Source: Takakia lepidozioides (Eukaryota > Plantae > Bryophyta). From it: a stretch of DNA of 64,000 nt. Positions 1-10,429 of the stretch are shown here, piece after piece. Under the pieces are notes generated by a model, which searched no databases, was not told the DNA's origin, and saw only the letters and a list, made by a program, of their open reading frames with translations. The translations under genes were made by a program, and so were the position numbers. How positions within the stretch are numbered: position 1 is the stretch's first letter; every line of letters begins with the position of its first letter. The stretch is from contig CM060734.1 of assembly GCA_030704615.1 (NCBI GenBank), positions 29,512,001-29,576,000 on the forward strand, given 5' to 3'.

Positions 1-390
1 GGCATACTTATTTGACTTGGTTTGACGATTTACAGGCTGGTAATCTCCGCACATACGTCTCTCCGTCCAATTGCCATAGACATCCTTCTTGGCTAGCATC
101 ACTGTGGTTGAAGCATATTCTCCATCAGAGAACTCCACCAAACCAGCCTCCCAGAGATCTTGAGTCCTTATCTGAATCAAAGACCTCTCCATGTCACTGT
201 ATCTATAGGGTCTCCGAAAGATTGGCGTGTCAGTGGCCAACTCAATACAAATCTCTTGACCCTTCAGTGCTCCCAAGTCCTTCAAACTAAAGGCAAAGCA
301 ATTCCTGTAAGCCCTCAGGAACCGCCGTATACGTCGTCTCTCTTCTCCGGTGACAATGGGTCCAATGTCAGGCTCCCAATTGTCCTCCAT
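1..390 (-). CDS. Reverse transcriptase N-terminus (Ty3/gypsy type), partial, runs off the window
   Basis: Hand translation from 390: MEDNWEPDIG...CFAFSLKDLG...IELATDTPIFRRPYRYSDMERSLI...LWEAGLVEFSDGEYASTTVMLAKKDVYGNWTERRMCGDYQPVNRQTKSNKYA. Same frame as MTase motifs VI-X. Confidence 0.9.
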   Translation of the reverse strand, partial: MEDNWEPDIGPIVTGEERRRIRRFLRAYRNCFAFSLKDLGALKGQEICIELATDTPIFRRPYRYSDMERSLIQIRTQDLWEAGLVEFSDGEYASTTVMLAKKDVYGNWTERRMCGDYQPVNRQTKSNKYA

Positions 391-729
391 AACTGCAACC
401 TTAAGTCCAGTGGGCTTAGAGGTAGAGGACGCGTCCAGTGGTTGCTATGTTGCAACCTCTTGAGCAGTACTCCCTACCTGCTCAGTCAATGACAAGGCCT
501 TATTCTGCCCCATCATCTCATCCTCGAGGACTTCTTCAACCCGAGAAAAATCCCCAACCTCATCCATCACTGCCACCTTGGCTGCCAACTCCCTCTAAAC
601 CTCGAGCACCTCCCACGTGTGTCATAGATGTCTGCACCCCGTGGTCCTCACATGCTCGCCCCCACTCACTGCCTGTACCATCTCGGTAGGCAGAGAGACC
701 ATCGAGGGAAGTGTACTTCGTACTCTGCA

Positions 730-1700
730 TTGCTCAGCCATAGCCAAGCTGATAATCCAGGTCAAGCAATTGAGATCCATTGCTTGTCCCAACACCTGAT
801 GACGTGAAAGAGACGACACCGCCGTGGTACCAGTGGTAAAACCCATCGCCCGCTCACGCTCGTCAGCATTAGGCTCCATTAACTGCTACAACTAAGCATC
901 CCACAAGAGGCCAGGTCCACTATCCCGGAAAACATGCGATCCTGGGAAGCAGAGTAGTGTAGATAATGTTGTTCGTGGTTGATCCACCTTGTTGACCACT
1001 GCCAAAGGCGAACGGTCATCGTGTCTCACACGCTGAGACTGCCTCCCTGTGTCCAAAATGCTATCCACTGTGAGGTGTGCTGGCCGTTGCACCCCATCAA
1101 ATGCACGCTTGAGCAGTGCGGATGGCATCAAGATAGTCCACCATAGTCGTGGACGATGAGCCCGTGACCCCACTGCAGCTGTATCCAACAACACTGCTGA
1201 TCCAAGCCACGACCGGACTTGATGCACACTGGCCATCACCCTAGCCCGAGAATCGCCCATCAGTGGCACATTCTCCAAAATGTATGTCGGAGATACAGCT
1301 TGATGAAGCTGTAAATGGCGCAAAACCCGCACCATCTCCCAAAACAGACCCGACCTCGAAAAATCCATTGCCGTGCCCGGCTGATGAATGCCCTTGGCAA
1401 GGCCAACCTGCCACTACCAAGTGGATGGGGCCAACCCGCTCCAAATCTTGAGCCCCCAGCAAATAAATGTCTAGTGGTAATGTCTGCTGGTATCCACAAA
1501 CTGCAGACACCGGCAACAACTCAGGGTACTGCTGCACCAACTGAGCAACATGGCGTAGGAAGACGCGTCATGCAGTCTTATCCCTCTCCACATACAAGTA
1601 ACGCCAAACTCGTACACCTGCCTGTAGCACTGCAGCCAATCCGGTGCTGATCCCGCCAAACAAGTCCAGAAGTCAAATGTCTTCATCCGGATACTGCCAC
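730..1700 (-). pseudogene. C5 cytosine DNA methyltransferase domain (DNMT3/DRM-like catalytic motifs, canonical order) within pol
   Basis: Hand translation: motif I LLDLFGGISTG (1672-1640), II YLYVERD, IV LVVAGWPCQGHS (PC at 1402-1397), SGLFWEMVRVL, VI YILENV (1275-1267), VIII DTAAVGSRAHRPRLWWT, IX EPNADERERAMGF, X RHQVLGQAMD. Frameshifts near 1712 and 1365; stops at 1673, 1568, 892 and 886. Confidence 0.92.
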
Positions 1701-2027
1701 ACAATAGGTGGGGTCCAATGGAGACAACTGAGGTGGTCCTGGTGCAATCCCCGCACTCTCTTCATCTCCTGATGGTACAAAAGCCTCTACCCAGGCTTGT
1801 TGCACCCGTCGATCAGCCACCCGCTGCAAATCCTTGCTCGTGCCCCACAATGGAGTCTGAGCAACCATGGCAGGCAACTCCGCCATACCATACATGTCAT
1901 CCTGTTCTCCTAGAGGTGTGTCATCCTCTGAATGAGTGTTGCCCTCTAGTAACTCTCCAGGCCAAGTCACTGCAGCTGTGAAGGTTGTCAGTGTCGGCAT
2001 CTTGCCTCGTCGGGCAACCGCAACTCC

Positions 2028-2723
2028 TCATATGAACGTCACAGAGAGTTGCACACGCCGGCCCTCCCCTGACTGCCATCCAGGCCTATAGGAAGTTGAC
2101 TCCTCCCAAAAATCCAGGGTGAAGCCCATGGGGTACAACACTGCCCCACCAACCAGGACATCGTACGAGACCGCGTCTATCACAATGGCCTTGGCTCGCA
2201 TCACTGAGCCATCTGTAGGGTGATCCGGCCGTAGTCTGATAGCCAACTCACGCCGTATCAAGCCCCGAGCCTGCTCCAATCCTCCCAGATATGTCTGTAT
2301 GTGGAAAGGACAAGGCTCCATATCCGCCTCCTTGAGGCCCAAGCCTGCAATAGCAGCTTTGCCTAGCATCAATGGCTGAGCTCCCGAGTCCAACAAGACT
2401 CGCAGTGGCCGGTATCTCTTGCCTGCCGGTCCACTCAAATAGAAAATGTCATCCTGGTTGTCTAACATGACAACCCCAGGTGTCACCATGGCGCGCTCAA
2501 TGGCTGGCCTAGCTGGCAGCTCCATCAACCTAGCAGCTGCAGCTTGCCATGGCGCCGCCGTGGCAATCTTCACCCTCAAATTCGAGGATCCCTTCGGCAC
2601 TATACCTCCCACTATCTCCGCAGAAAATGAAGTAACCTCCCCACTCTCACAGAGTATAGCTGCCAGCCTGAACACCTCAGTTGGTCTTACCCCCGGTGTC
2701 GCAATCATGGTAGCCGAGAACAA
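2028..2723 (-). pseudogene. Retroviral-type aspartic protease region of the polyprotein
   Basis: RVLLDSGAQ catalytic motif and C-terminal YDVLVG. Same frame as the knuckle ORF (2730-3470) and the linker ORF (1683-2000), separated only by single TAG/TGA codons. Confidence 0.85.
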
Positions 2724-2729
2724 TGGAGC

Positions 2730-4162
2730 CTAGCACACAGATTTGGCCGCCCCCAGTAGCACACTAGCTGCCGTAGCCTTGGCAACACTAGATAGTGGTG
2801 CTGCCCGTGTGGCTCTCCCCAATGGCATAGTAACCTCCGCCTCCGTAACAATCGGGCGAGAACTAGGTGCCATGGATGGCGTCGACACTGTCTCCACCAA
2901 TGTGAATGACTGAGGAAGCCTAGCCTGACGGCTTGCCTCCCCACGCTGTGGATCCAACTCCACCTCTGCACCTCGTGGCTCAGGAACTTGTCCTGCTCCT
3001 CGGGTCATTGCCGCCGCCGACTCCACTTGCACTAGTGGTAGTGCTACCCTGCACATGAATCCCATGCCTCCCATATCTCCTCCCTCAAGAGCAACAGGTG
3101 GACCATCCGGCCTTGGAGCCGGTACCACCTGAGCTGTAGCCATGGCAGCGAGCCTATGCTCTAGCTGTTGAAGCCGGTAGGCCATGCCTTGGTCAACACC
3201 TTGACCTCCGCGTCCTTGGCCATGTTGAGCTTGCCCTTGGCCTGCACCTCCTCCTCTCTGGGCTGTTCCACCTCGCCCCCGGCCACCATTGTTCCCTTGG
3301 AACTGGCCTGGGCGTAACTCACGATGCAAACCATAACACTGGGCCTCTCCATGCCCATGCTTGCCACAATGCCCACACTGCAACTGTGCAGGCTGTGCAT
3401 GTGCCTCGCTTTTGCCCCCCTCTGGGCAATCCTTCTTGACATGGGGTCCTTCACATGTCCAACACACCACCTCCGCCCCTTGTTGGCCTGCAAATGAAGG
3501 AATAGACCTCTACATCTGAGGTCCTCTCTGTCCTTCCCTGAGCTTCACCTGAGCCCCCTTGTTGCCTTGAGCACGTTGAGGTAGTGGTTGGCTAGGAGCA
3601 CCACTACCCCGTGGTGTCTCCTTAGCAAATCCAACCATAACCACTCATTCCTCCACCATGTTGAGCTCTATCCAGTACCACCAGTCCCACTAGTCCCACT
3701 GCTGCTTGTTGAAGCTGCCGGTGCAGCGGCAGGTGTAGCCACTGCCCTCGTGGCTCTAGTGCCCCTAGTGATGGAGACATAGTCAGGTGACCAGTACATC
3801 CTCCACTCCTCGATCTCAACCTCATGCCCCCGCCTGAACTCATGGTAATCATCCATAGGCGGCCCCTCAAGGTGCTGAAACAGCCCCTTCCATGCCATGA
3901 AAGGCGTAAATAGTTGTGGATTGCGCATTTGCTGCAAATCACACCAACTATCAAATTCTTGGATAAAATCATCCAAGTCGATGGTGCCCACCGCCCCAGA
4001 GTACCTTCGTGGCCCCTTGGTAGCTCCATACATCTCCTCCATTGTGTCCCACAACAATGGCAAGGAAACAACTTGCACCGCCGGTGTGAGTCCTCCTGAT
4101 TCACAATCCGAATCAGAACCTTCCGTAGAAGACACACGAGGTGAAGGTGGCCTAAACCGCAC
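2730..4162 (-). pseudogene. gag (N-terminal part, probable internal deletion plus frameshift near 3660, two Zn knuckles, G/R/Q-rich linker)
   Basis: YSGAVGTIDLDDFIQEFDSWC gag-like N-terminus; knuckles CWTCEGPHVKKDC and CGHCGKHGHGEAQC; in-frame TAG stops. Confidence 0.75.
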
Positions 4163-4919
4163 ACCTCGTCTCGAGTATCGCTAGTGCTCGAACCGGCACT
4201 CTCCCCAGCAACTAGTAGCACCTCCGTGTTGACAAACTGTCACTCAACCGGTCATGAACATGTCCCTAACCCCCTCTCCACAAAGTAACCGGATAGAGAA
4301 CCTGTTGCGGCTTATGGTTTGGAATACTAGGTTCGTAACATAACCTACACCTGCACCTGTATCCACCGCAAGCACTCCTATGGTTGGCTGGTCATCACCT
4401 CCAACCTCACCACAGAAGAAACGATGATGGTCTGGCTGGTCATCACCCCAGCCTTACTATCGACAGCATGCTCTAGGACTGGCCGGTGATCAAATCCGGA
4501 CCAATCACCTATAAAAACAAGCGCCCACACAAAACTAGCATGGCGCACAGTCAAGCATGCAGGTATGGAGGGGATCCAAACACAAGAAATCAGAATGACA
4601 ACTCCCCCACACCAAAAATAACTCCACGGTGTTGCTCCTACAATGACAACCCAGCCCAAACCCGGACTGACTCTTGCCTCCACCTACGGAAAGGTCTTGG
4701 CCTAATGAGAGGGTGGAAAACTACGAGGAAGAGAAGCTAAAGCAATGCCTAACCCCAGCATGCCCTCATCCCAACACTCTTCCTCTCCTCTCTTCCCTCA
4801 CTTGCATGACCATGGGAATATCATGAAGATACTCCTCAAACTGCCCTCCACGAGCTTCGAGATTTGGCCTTCAAGACCACATGCTAGTCCTCAAGCAGTC
4901 CACCAATGCCTCCACAAGT

Positions 4920-5560
4920 CAGCACAGGTTGTCCACAGGTCAACACGGGCCACCACAGACCAGCACAGGCCCACACAGATCACAGGTCACAGCCGTCACA
5001 GCCCCACACAGGCCACAACCCCACAGCCCCACAGGCCACATGTCACAGCCTGTCACAGCCCGTCACAGCCCCAAAGGCCACAGGGCACAGCCAGTCACAG
5101 TCCATCACAACCCATCACAGCCCGTCACAACCCCAAAGGCCACAGGGCACAGCCTGTCACAGCCCTACACAAGTCACAGGGTCACAGCCCCACAGGCCAC
5201 AGCCTGTCACAGCCCGCCACAGCCTATCACAGTCCGTCACAGCTCCACAGGCCACAGGTTACAGCCTGTCACAGCCCCAAAGGCCACATGGCACAGCCCG
5301 TCACAGCTCGTCACAGCCTGTCACATCCTGTCACAGTCCGTCACAGCCCCACAGCCCACAGGTCACAGCCTGTCACAGCCCCAAAGGCCACATGACACTG
5401 GCTATGAACCCATCACAACCTGTCACAGTCCGTCACAGCCCCACAGCCCACAGGTCACACCCCATCACAGCCTGTCACAGTCCGTCACAGCCCCACAGGC
5501 CACAGGTCACAGGGTCACAGCCCCACAGGCCACAACCCGTCACAGCCCCATCCATGGCCG
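4920..5560. repeat. Minisatellite of CACAG-core units (gtcacagcc / cccacaggc variants) in the LTR/leader of the DNMT element
   Basis: Dozens of short CACAG-containing units; they generate the low-complexity ORFs at 4745-5777. Confidence 0.9.
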
Positions 5561-5959
5561 TTCATGGCAGTTTAGCCATTTCTCCAAAGGGTTTAGCCAC
5601 GCCAAGCTAGGGTTTGTGTCTCTTGGACTCGAGGCTTCTTTGCACCGAGCTATGGCGGCTGTGAGGAAATCAGCAAAGTATTCTTGCTCTTTATGGCTCC
5701 CACACACCACCAATAGTAGCTCTAATTCCAACGGAAGATGTTTGCAACCAAAATTAACTGCACAAGCTTCCTTTTAACTCACAAAACAACACCATTGATC
5801 CCTATGGTGACTAACCAAACATGGCTGACTTCCAGCCTTTGTAGGCACTCATTCACACGTTTTTCTTGACCATAGCACGCCCCTTCGTACATAATCCAGC
5901 CCCTGCACCTACTACTTCAAGAGTTGTGCTCCCTTCAAGCTTGAAGTTGAAACCCCAAC

Positions 5960-6420
5960 TCACATATGCCTTACAAGTGCTTTTCTTCCACCCCAAGTGG
6001 AAACCAGCCCTTGCCCTTCCATTCTAGCTCTTTAAAGCTTGAAAGCCTCAATGGGTTGAAGGCATGCTCCACACATGCCCCACTCTCACCATAAGAGAAT
6101 CAGTTCCTTTGCTTCCTTTCTTGCACCCACAAACCTAAAAATATAAGCTTCAGCGGGCTGAAAGCATGCTCCACACATGCCCTACAAGGAAACCAGCCCC
6201 TTCATTCTTTTCTTGCACTCCCAAACCTGAAAGTACAAGCCTTCAACAAGCTGAAAGCATGCTCCACACATGCATTGCCCTCACATAAGGGAAATCAGCC
6301 ATTCCCTCTTCCTTGCTTGCCCTCCAAGCTTGAAGATGGAAGCTTCAATGGGCTGCATGCATGCTCCACACATGCAACCCCTTCACAAGAGGTATCAGCC
6401 CCCTATCTTGGCTCCTTGGC
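5960..6420. repeat. Degenerate ~100-bp tandem repeats
   Basis: gcatgctccacacatgc recurs at 6062, 6164, 6257 and 6359. Confidence 0.75.
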
Positions 6421-8064
6421 TCCTTGGCTCCTTGATGCTCTCTAAGACAAGACTAAGCACTCCACAGCCTTTGTCAAGCTCCTGAAACCCTAAGGCTTAC
6501 ATTTCCAGCCACAAGACACTCCTCTTGTGGTGCAAGAGTTCTTCTTCCAAGCTCTGAAACCCTAGGTGCACATTCCATGGCCTTGCCGCACCTCTTAGCT
6601 CATGTTCCAGCCCAGTTTTTGTCATGGCAAGAGCCCTCATACCGCTGGAGTTTCAGATTGAAACCCCCAACTCAACATAGCCACAAATGCATTGGCTTGT
6701 ATACAAGAGAAATCAGCCATCTCTCTTCACTCATACCTCCTTATGAGCTTGAAGTTGGAGCTCCCGATAACTGTGACTTGCATCTAATACCCTTGCAGCT
6801 CCACACTCACCACACTTGGCTGCCATAGCATTGAGCTATGCAACACTGTTCTTCAACACAGGCTGTCCGCCTCTATATCCATTGCAAACCTGAAACCTGT
6901 TCGCCATCGCACCCTATCCGCTTTGGATAGGCTCATGCACTGATCCCTGGACTCTAAGCTGAGTTGCTTCTCATCTGAAAACACACAAGTGCTAACAACT
7001 AACTTGTATCTAGCACTCACAGATACGAACTGATCTTTTCTCGAGTGATAAAGAAGAAGAATACAAGCACAAGCTCATGCAAGCTCACAAAGCTGAAGCA
7101 TAAACTCATGCATATATAAACTCATCACTCAAATACAAGTCAAGCCAAGTGCACCCCACGCCATGGGGAATCCACACTACGGCGCGGTGAGGCTCAACTC
7201 GAGAAAGATGAGCCTCCCGCGCTCGCCATGAAGATAATCACTCCAGGGCCTAAAACTGCCTTGACCCTTAGATTGACACTTGGGCCAATCCCAAATGTCA
7301 ATATGTAAAAGCTAGCTATTTCCTAGCTAGTTTCACACTAGTGGTGAAATAACTTGACAACCAATTAAAAAATTTACGAACAATGAATATGGTTAAAACT
7401 TAAACTGTATATAAGTTAGGGACACTTTTGTAATGTGCGGATCACAAAATCTCTTTTTTTTTGTGATAAGTTAAAGGTAGCAATGTAGAAAATGCATATT
7501 TTTTCAACCACTAGGTTTTAGTAGGGAGATGATCTGCAGCCATGCCAACAAAGTATTGATGCTACAATAAAATTTTTATCAATAGTATCACTTTTAAAAT
7601 ATCCCAATCTGGTTGTGACTCATCATAATGATGTTGGTGGAGGCTAGGAAGTAAGATGCGATCCATAATCCCTAGGAAAATGAACATGATGTCAGATCCA
7701 AGCTTAGAAATCGGCATTTTTGTAGCATTACAAATCAAATTACTTGGTCCTGCAGTATAGGTCTTATTCCATAGACGTTTTCCTCAAGGGAACGAAACAT
7801 ACACCCATTCCAATCCGTCGCAAATATCTTGTGCGGTCTGTTATTAATGTAAAATGCATCGAAGGTTAGGATTGTTTAGGCTGACGTGGCGCGAACACAT
7901 TGATATTATTACATTGTAACGTGCGTCACGTCAAAGTCCAAAGATGACATTATCTCATGTAATTTATTTTTTATTTTTTATTTTAATTGACAAGAGGACA
8001 ACTTAGATGGACTGCACACCTGAATTGTTTTATCATTTTTCTCCAATATATTTAATGATTTATA

Positions 8065-8662
8065 AATAAATACACGATTACAGTGATCACTGCAGCGGTC
8101 GCCCAATTATAATATAAAAGTATAAATATTTGGGTACCGCTAATCTGGGATAGTCTTGAATTTTACGATTTCATTATTACTATATTTTGGTGGTTTGACC
8201 GCCGTGACGGTCGCTTAAATAAAATATAATCGAAACGACCCTTTTAGCATACGACCAGCAGTCGACCAAATATAATGTTTTTATTTCTTTTATTTCTTTA
8301 TTTCTTTTTCTTTGCTAGGTGCAATTGGTATCCGCCTGTAGTGATCGTCCGAATAAAATGGTTTTATTTTTACTTTTTTTTTTTGAACGATAGCTATAGC
8401 AATTATTAAAATAAGATAACGTTTTTTTTTTAAATGACTGCTGTAGTGATCGCCTAACAATCGTGAGAGTAAAACATTTGTAAATTTTTCTTGACGAGCA
8501 CTTCAACAATCATTTGAAGAAATTACAATCCAAGCAGCCGGTACAGTGGTCGTCTAAATAAACTTTAAAGTTTAAACTGAAAGATCACTGCAACAATTGT
8601 CCGAAAAAACTAAAATCCTACGACCGCTGTGTACTGCGGTGTAGGTCGCTTGTGTATTTATT
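8065..8662. repeat. MITE-like element with short inverted ends and internal cagcggtcg / tgtagtgatcg motifs
   Basis: aataaatacac at the left versus gtgtatttatt at the right; repeated internal motifs in both orientations. Confidence 0.4.
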
Positions 8663-8829
8663 CTCTTTTTTTTCTGTAAAGAGTGTTTGCTTATTTATTT
8701 GAATGATAAGGATAATTAAATGTTTTTTATTATCCTTAGTTATTTACATAATTATGATATAATTTTGACATTACGCAGGTTTCGTCAGCGTCAAGTTGGA
8801 CCTGACCACTGTTTGATGAATGTAGATGA

Positions 8830-9420
8830 ATTCGGATATCAAAACCGAATATCCATCTGGATACCAATGGATCTGGATCCGGATCTAGTGATATCTGGGT
8901 TTTATTTATGTTCGACGGATATGTGAAATATGAGATCCGGATTGGATCATACCCGCCGAATATACAAAGGGTCAATATCCGGAATATATCCCGGATATGT
9001 CAGTCAATCACCGAATCTCAACAGACTTAAGGGAACAAAAACTTAGATTAACATAAAATTATAAAATAAATTATAAAACAAAAAATATGATACACAAGGA
9101 TCTATTTTTCATTTTTAAAATAAAATAAAAATCATATTGATTTATTCATTGATCTGAATTAAATTTTTATCTCAATTTAGTATATTTAGATTATTTAATC
9201 TGATTAAAAAACTAAAATAAAAAATATTATATTACATGTACTCAAATTTAATATCAGAATTAATCTATAACCACAAGATATTATAATATGAATATCCGGA
9301 TTTTATTTATATCCCATAGACTTTGAAAAACAATTATATGCATAATCGGCATATATTAGAAATTCAGATTATCTTAACATCCGGATCCGTTGGATCCCTC
9401 TCTAATGTCCGGACCCGGGT
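8830..9420. repeat. Non-autonomous element with clustered atccgga / tccggat motifs around an AT-rich core
   Basis: Motif clusters at 8830-9000 and 9290-9420. Confidence 0.4.
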
Positions 9421-10429
9421 GATTCTAAACAAAACTAAAAACCACCCAACACTGGATATTATTTTATGTCGCCAATGTATATGACGGTGCCGAACACAAA
9501 TTATCGCATTAGGCGATAGAAGACCACGTTCGGAAAAGAGGCCCCGTGTAGTTGATATGATACATGAGTTGCATTTTTTCTCACCTCGAAGGAACGATGG
9601 TTAAAGGCCAAAAGGGTGTGAGGACATTGCCATGAAAAGATAAGGATGTACAATTTTACAGGGAAGGATCTAGAGTTTTGGTACAAAGAGCCAAATGGCT
9701 CCAATTGCCGAATGTGCAAGTTAATCCAATGGAGAATCATTGAAAGATGTTTTTTCCAGGATTTGAAACTTTTCCCATGTTCTGGACTTTATGGACTCAT
9801 CGTGTGTTCCATTTTTGTCCACCACATGCTACAACTACCCATAAAAATAACTAGGTTTTAACTAAATCTGGACCAAAACATAAAATCTGGACTTTTCATA
9901 AATATCAGAAAATGATTAAAAAATAATTAAAAATGTATTAAAATCAATTTTAATACAATAAAGTTCAACTTTTGGGAATTATTATTGAAAAAATAACATT
10001 CGATAATCCTAAGGCAATTGAGTAAGTGAGATCTCCCGTGCACTTTGTGCATGAAACGAGTAAAATCCACGAAACCAGATCATATATTAGCAATCAATGC
10101 AAGTGCTACACCTTCAAGAAATTGGCTAAAGATATTCAGCTCTGATTTTGAAATATAATTGAGATAGGAGTAGAAAAAATTAATATCATGTTCACAAATC
10201 ACATTGTGGTCATTGATGAACAGGAGACCTCCCGTGCACTACGTAATATGGAACCGCTGGGATGCAGGGGATTCCGGCGCCCTAGAAGGCTCCCCGATGT
10301 ATGGCCGATGTCCGGAGGCTGAGATGACCTTCGGGGGAAGTCCGACAGGCGGGAATCCCAGCGGCCCACTAGTTCCACTGTGTACTCAATTTCAGCCGCA
10401 TGATGAAGCAGTTAACACATTATCAACTT

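Larger units (their letters stand above)
1..7300 (-). mobile_element. Decayed Ty3/gypsy LTR retrotransposon carrying a C5 DNA methyltransferase (gag-PR-DNMT-RT); continues off the left edge; right boundary approximate
   Basis: Gag with Zn knuckles, retroviral protease, C5-MTase motifs and gypsy RT N-terminus occur in order on the minus strand. The repeat-rich 4250-7300 region is the presumed LTR/5' leader, and composition turns AT-rich near 7300. No partner LTR, PBS or TSD is identifiable in the window. Confidence 0.85.

Noticed and set aside
730-1700. Host DRM/DNMT3 gene or bacterial restriction-modification contaminant
   Set aside because: Intronless, collinear with protease and in frame with RT, and shares the decay pattern of the surrounding polyprotein.
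1700-1725. Programmed ribosomal frameshift ahead of the MTase
   Set aside because: No clear slippery heptamer, and the element has other random lesions; needs intact copies to test.
4920-5560. CRISPR-like or telomeric array
   Set aside because: No constant repeat with unique spacers, no cas genes, eukaryotic context, and not TTTAGGG-type.
4745-5777. Three long overlapping plus-strand ORFs (216-298 aa, H/S/P/Q/T-rich)
   Set aside because: By-products of the stop-free CACAG minisatellite; open in all three frames.
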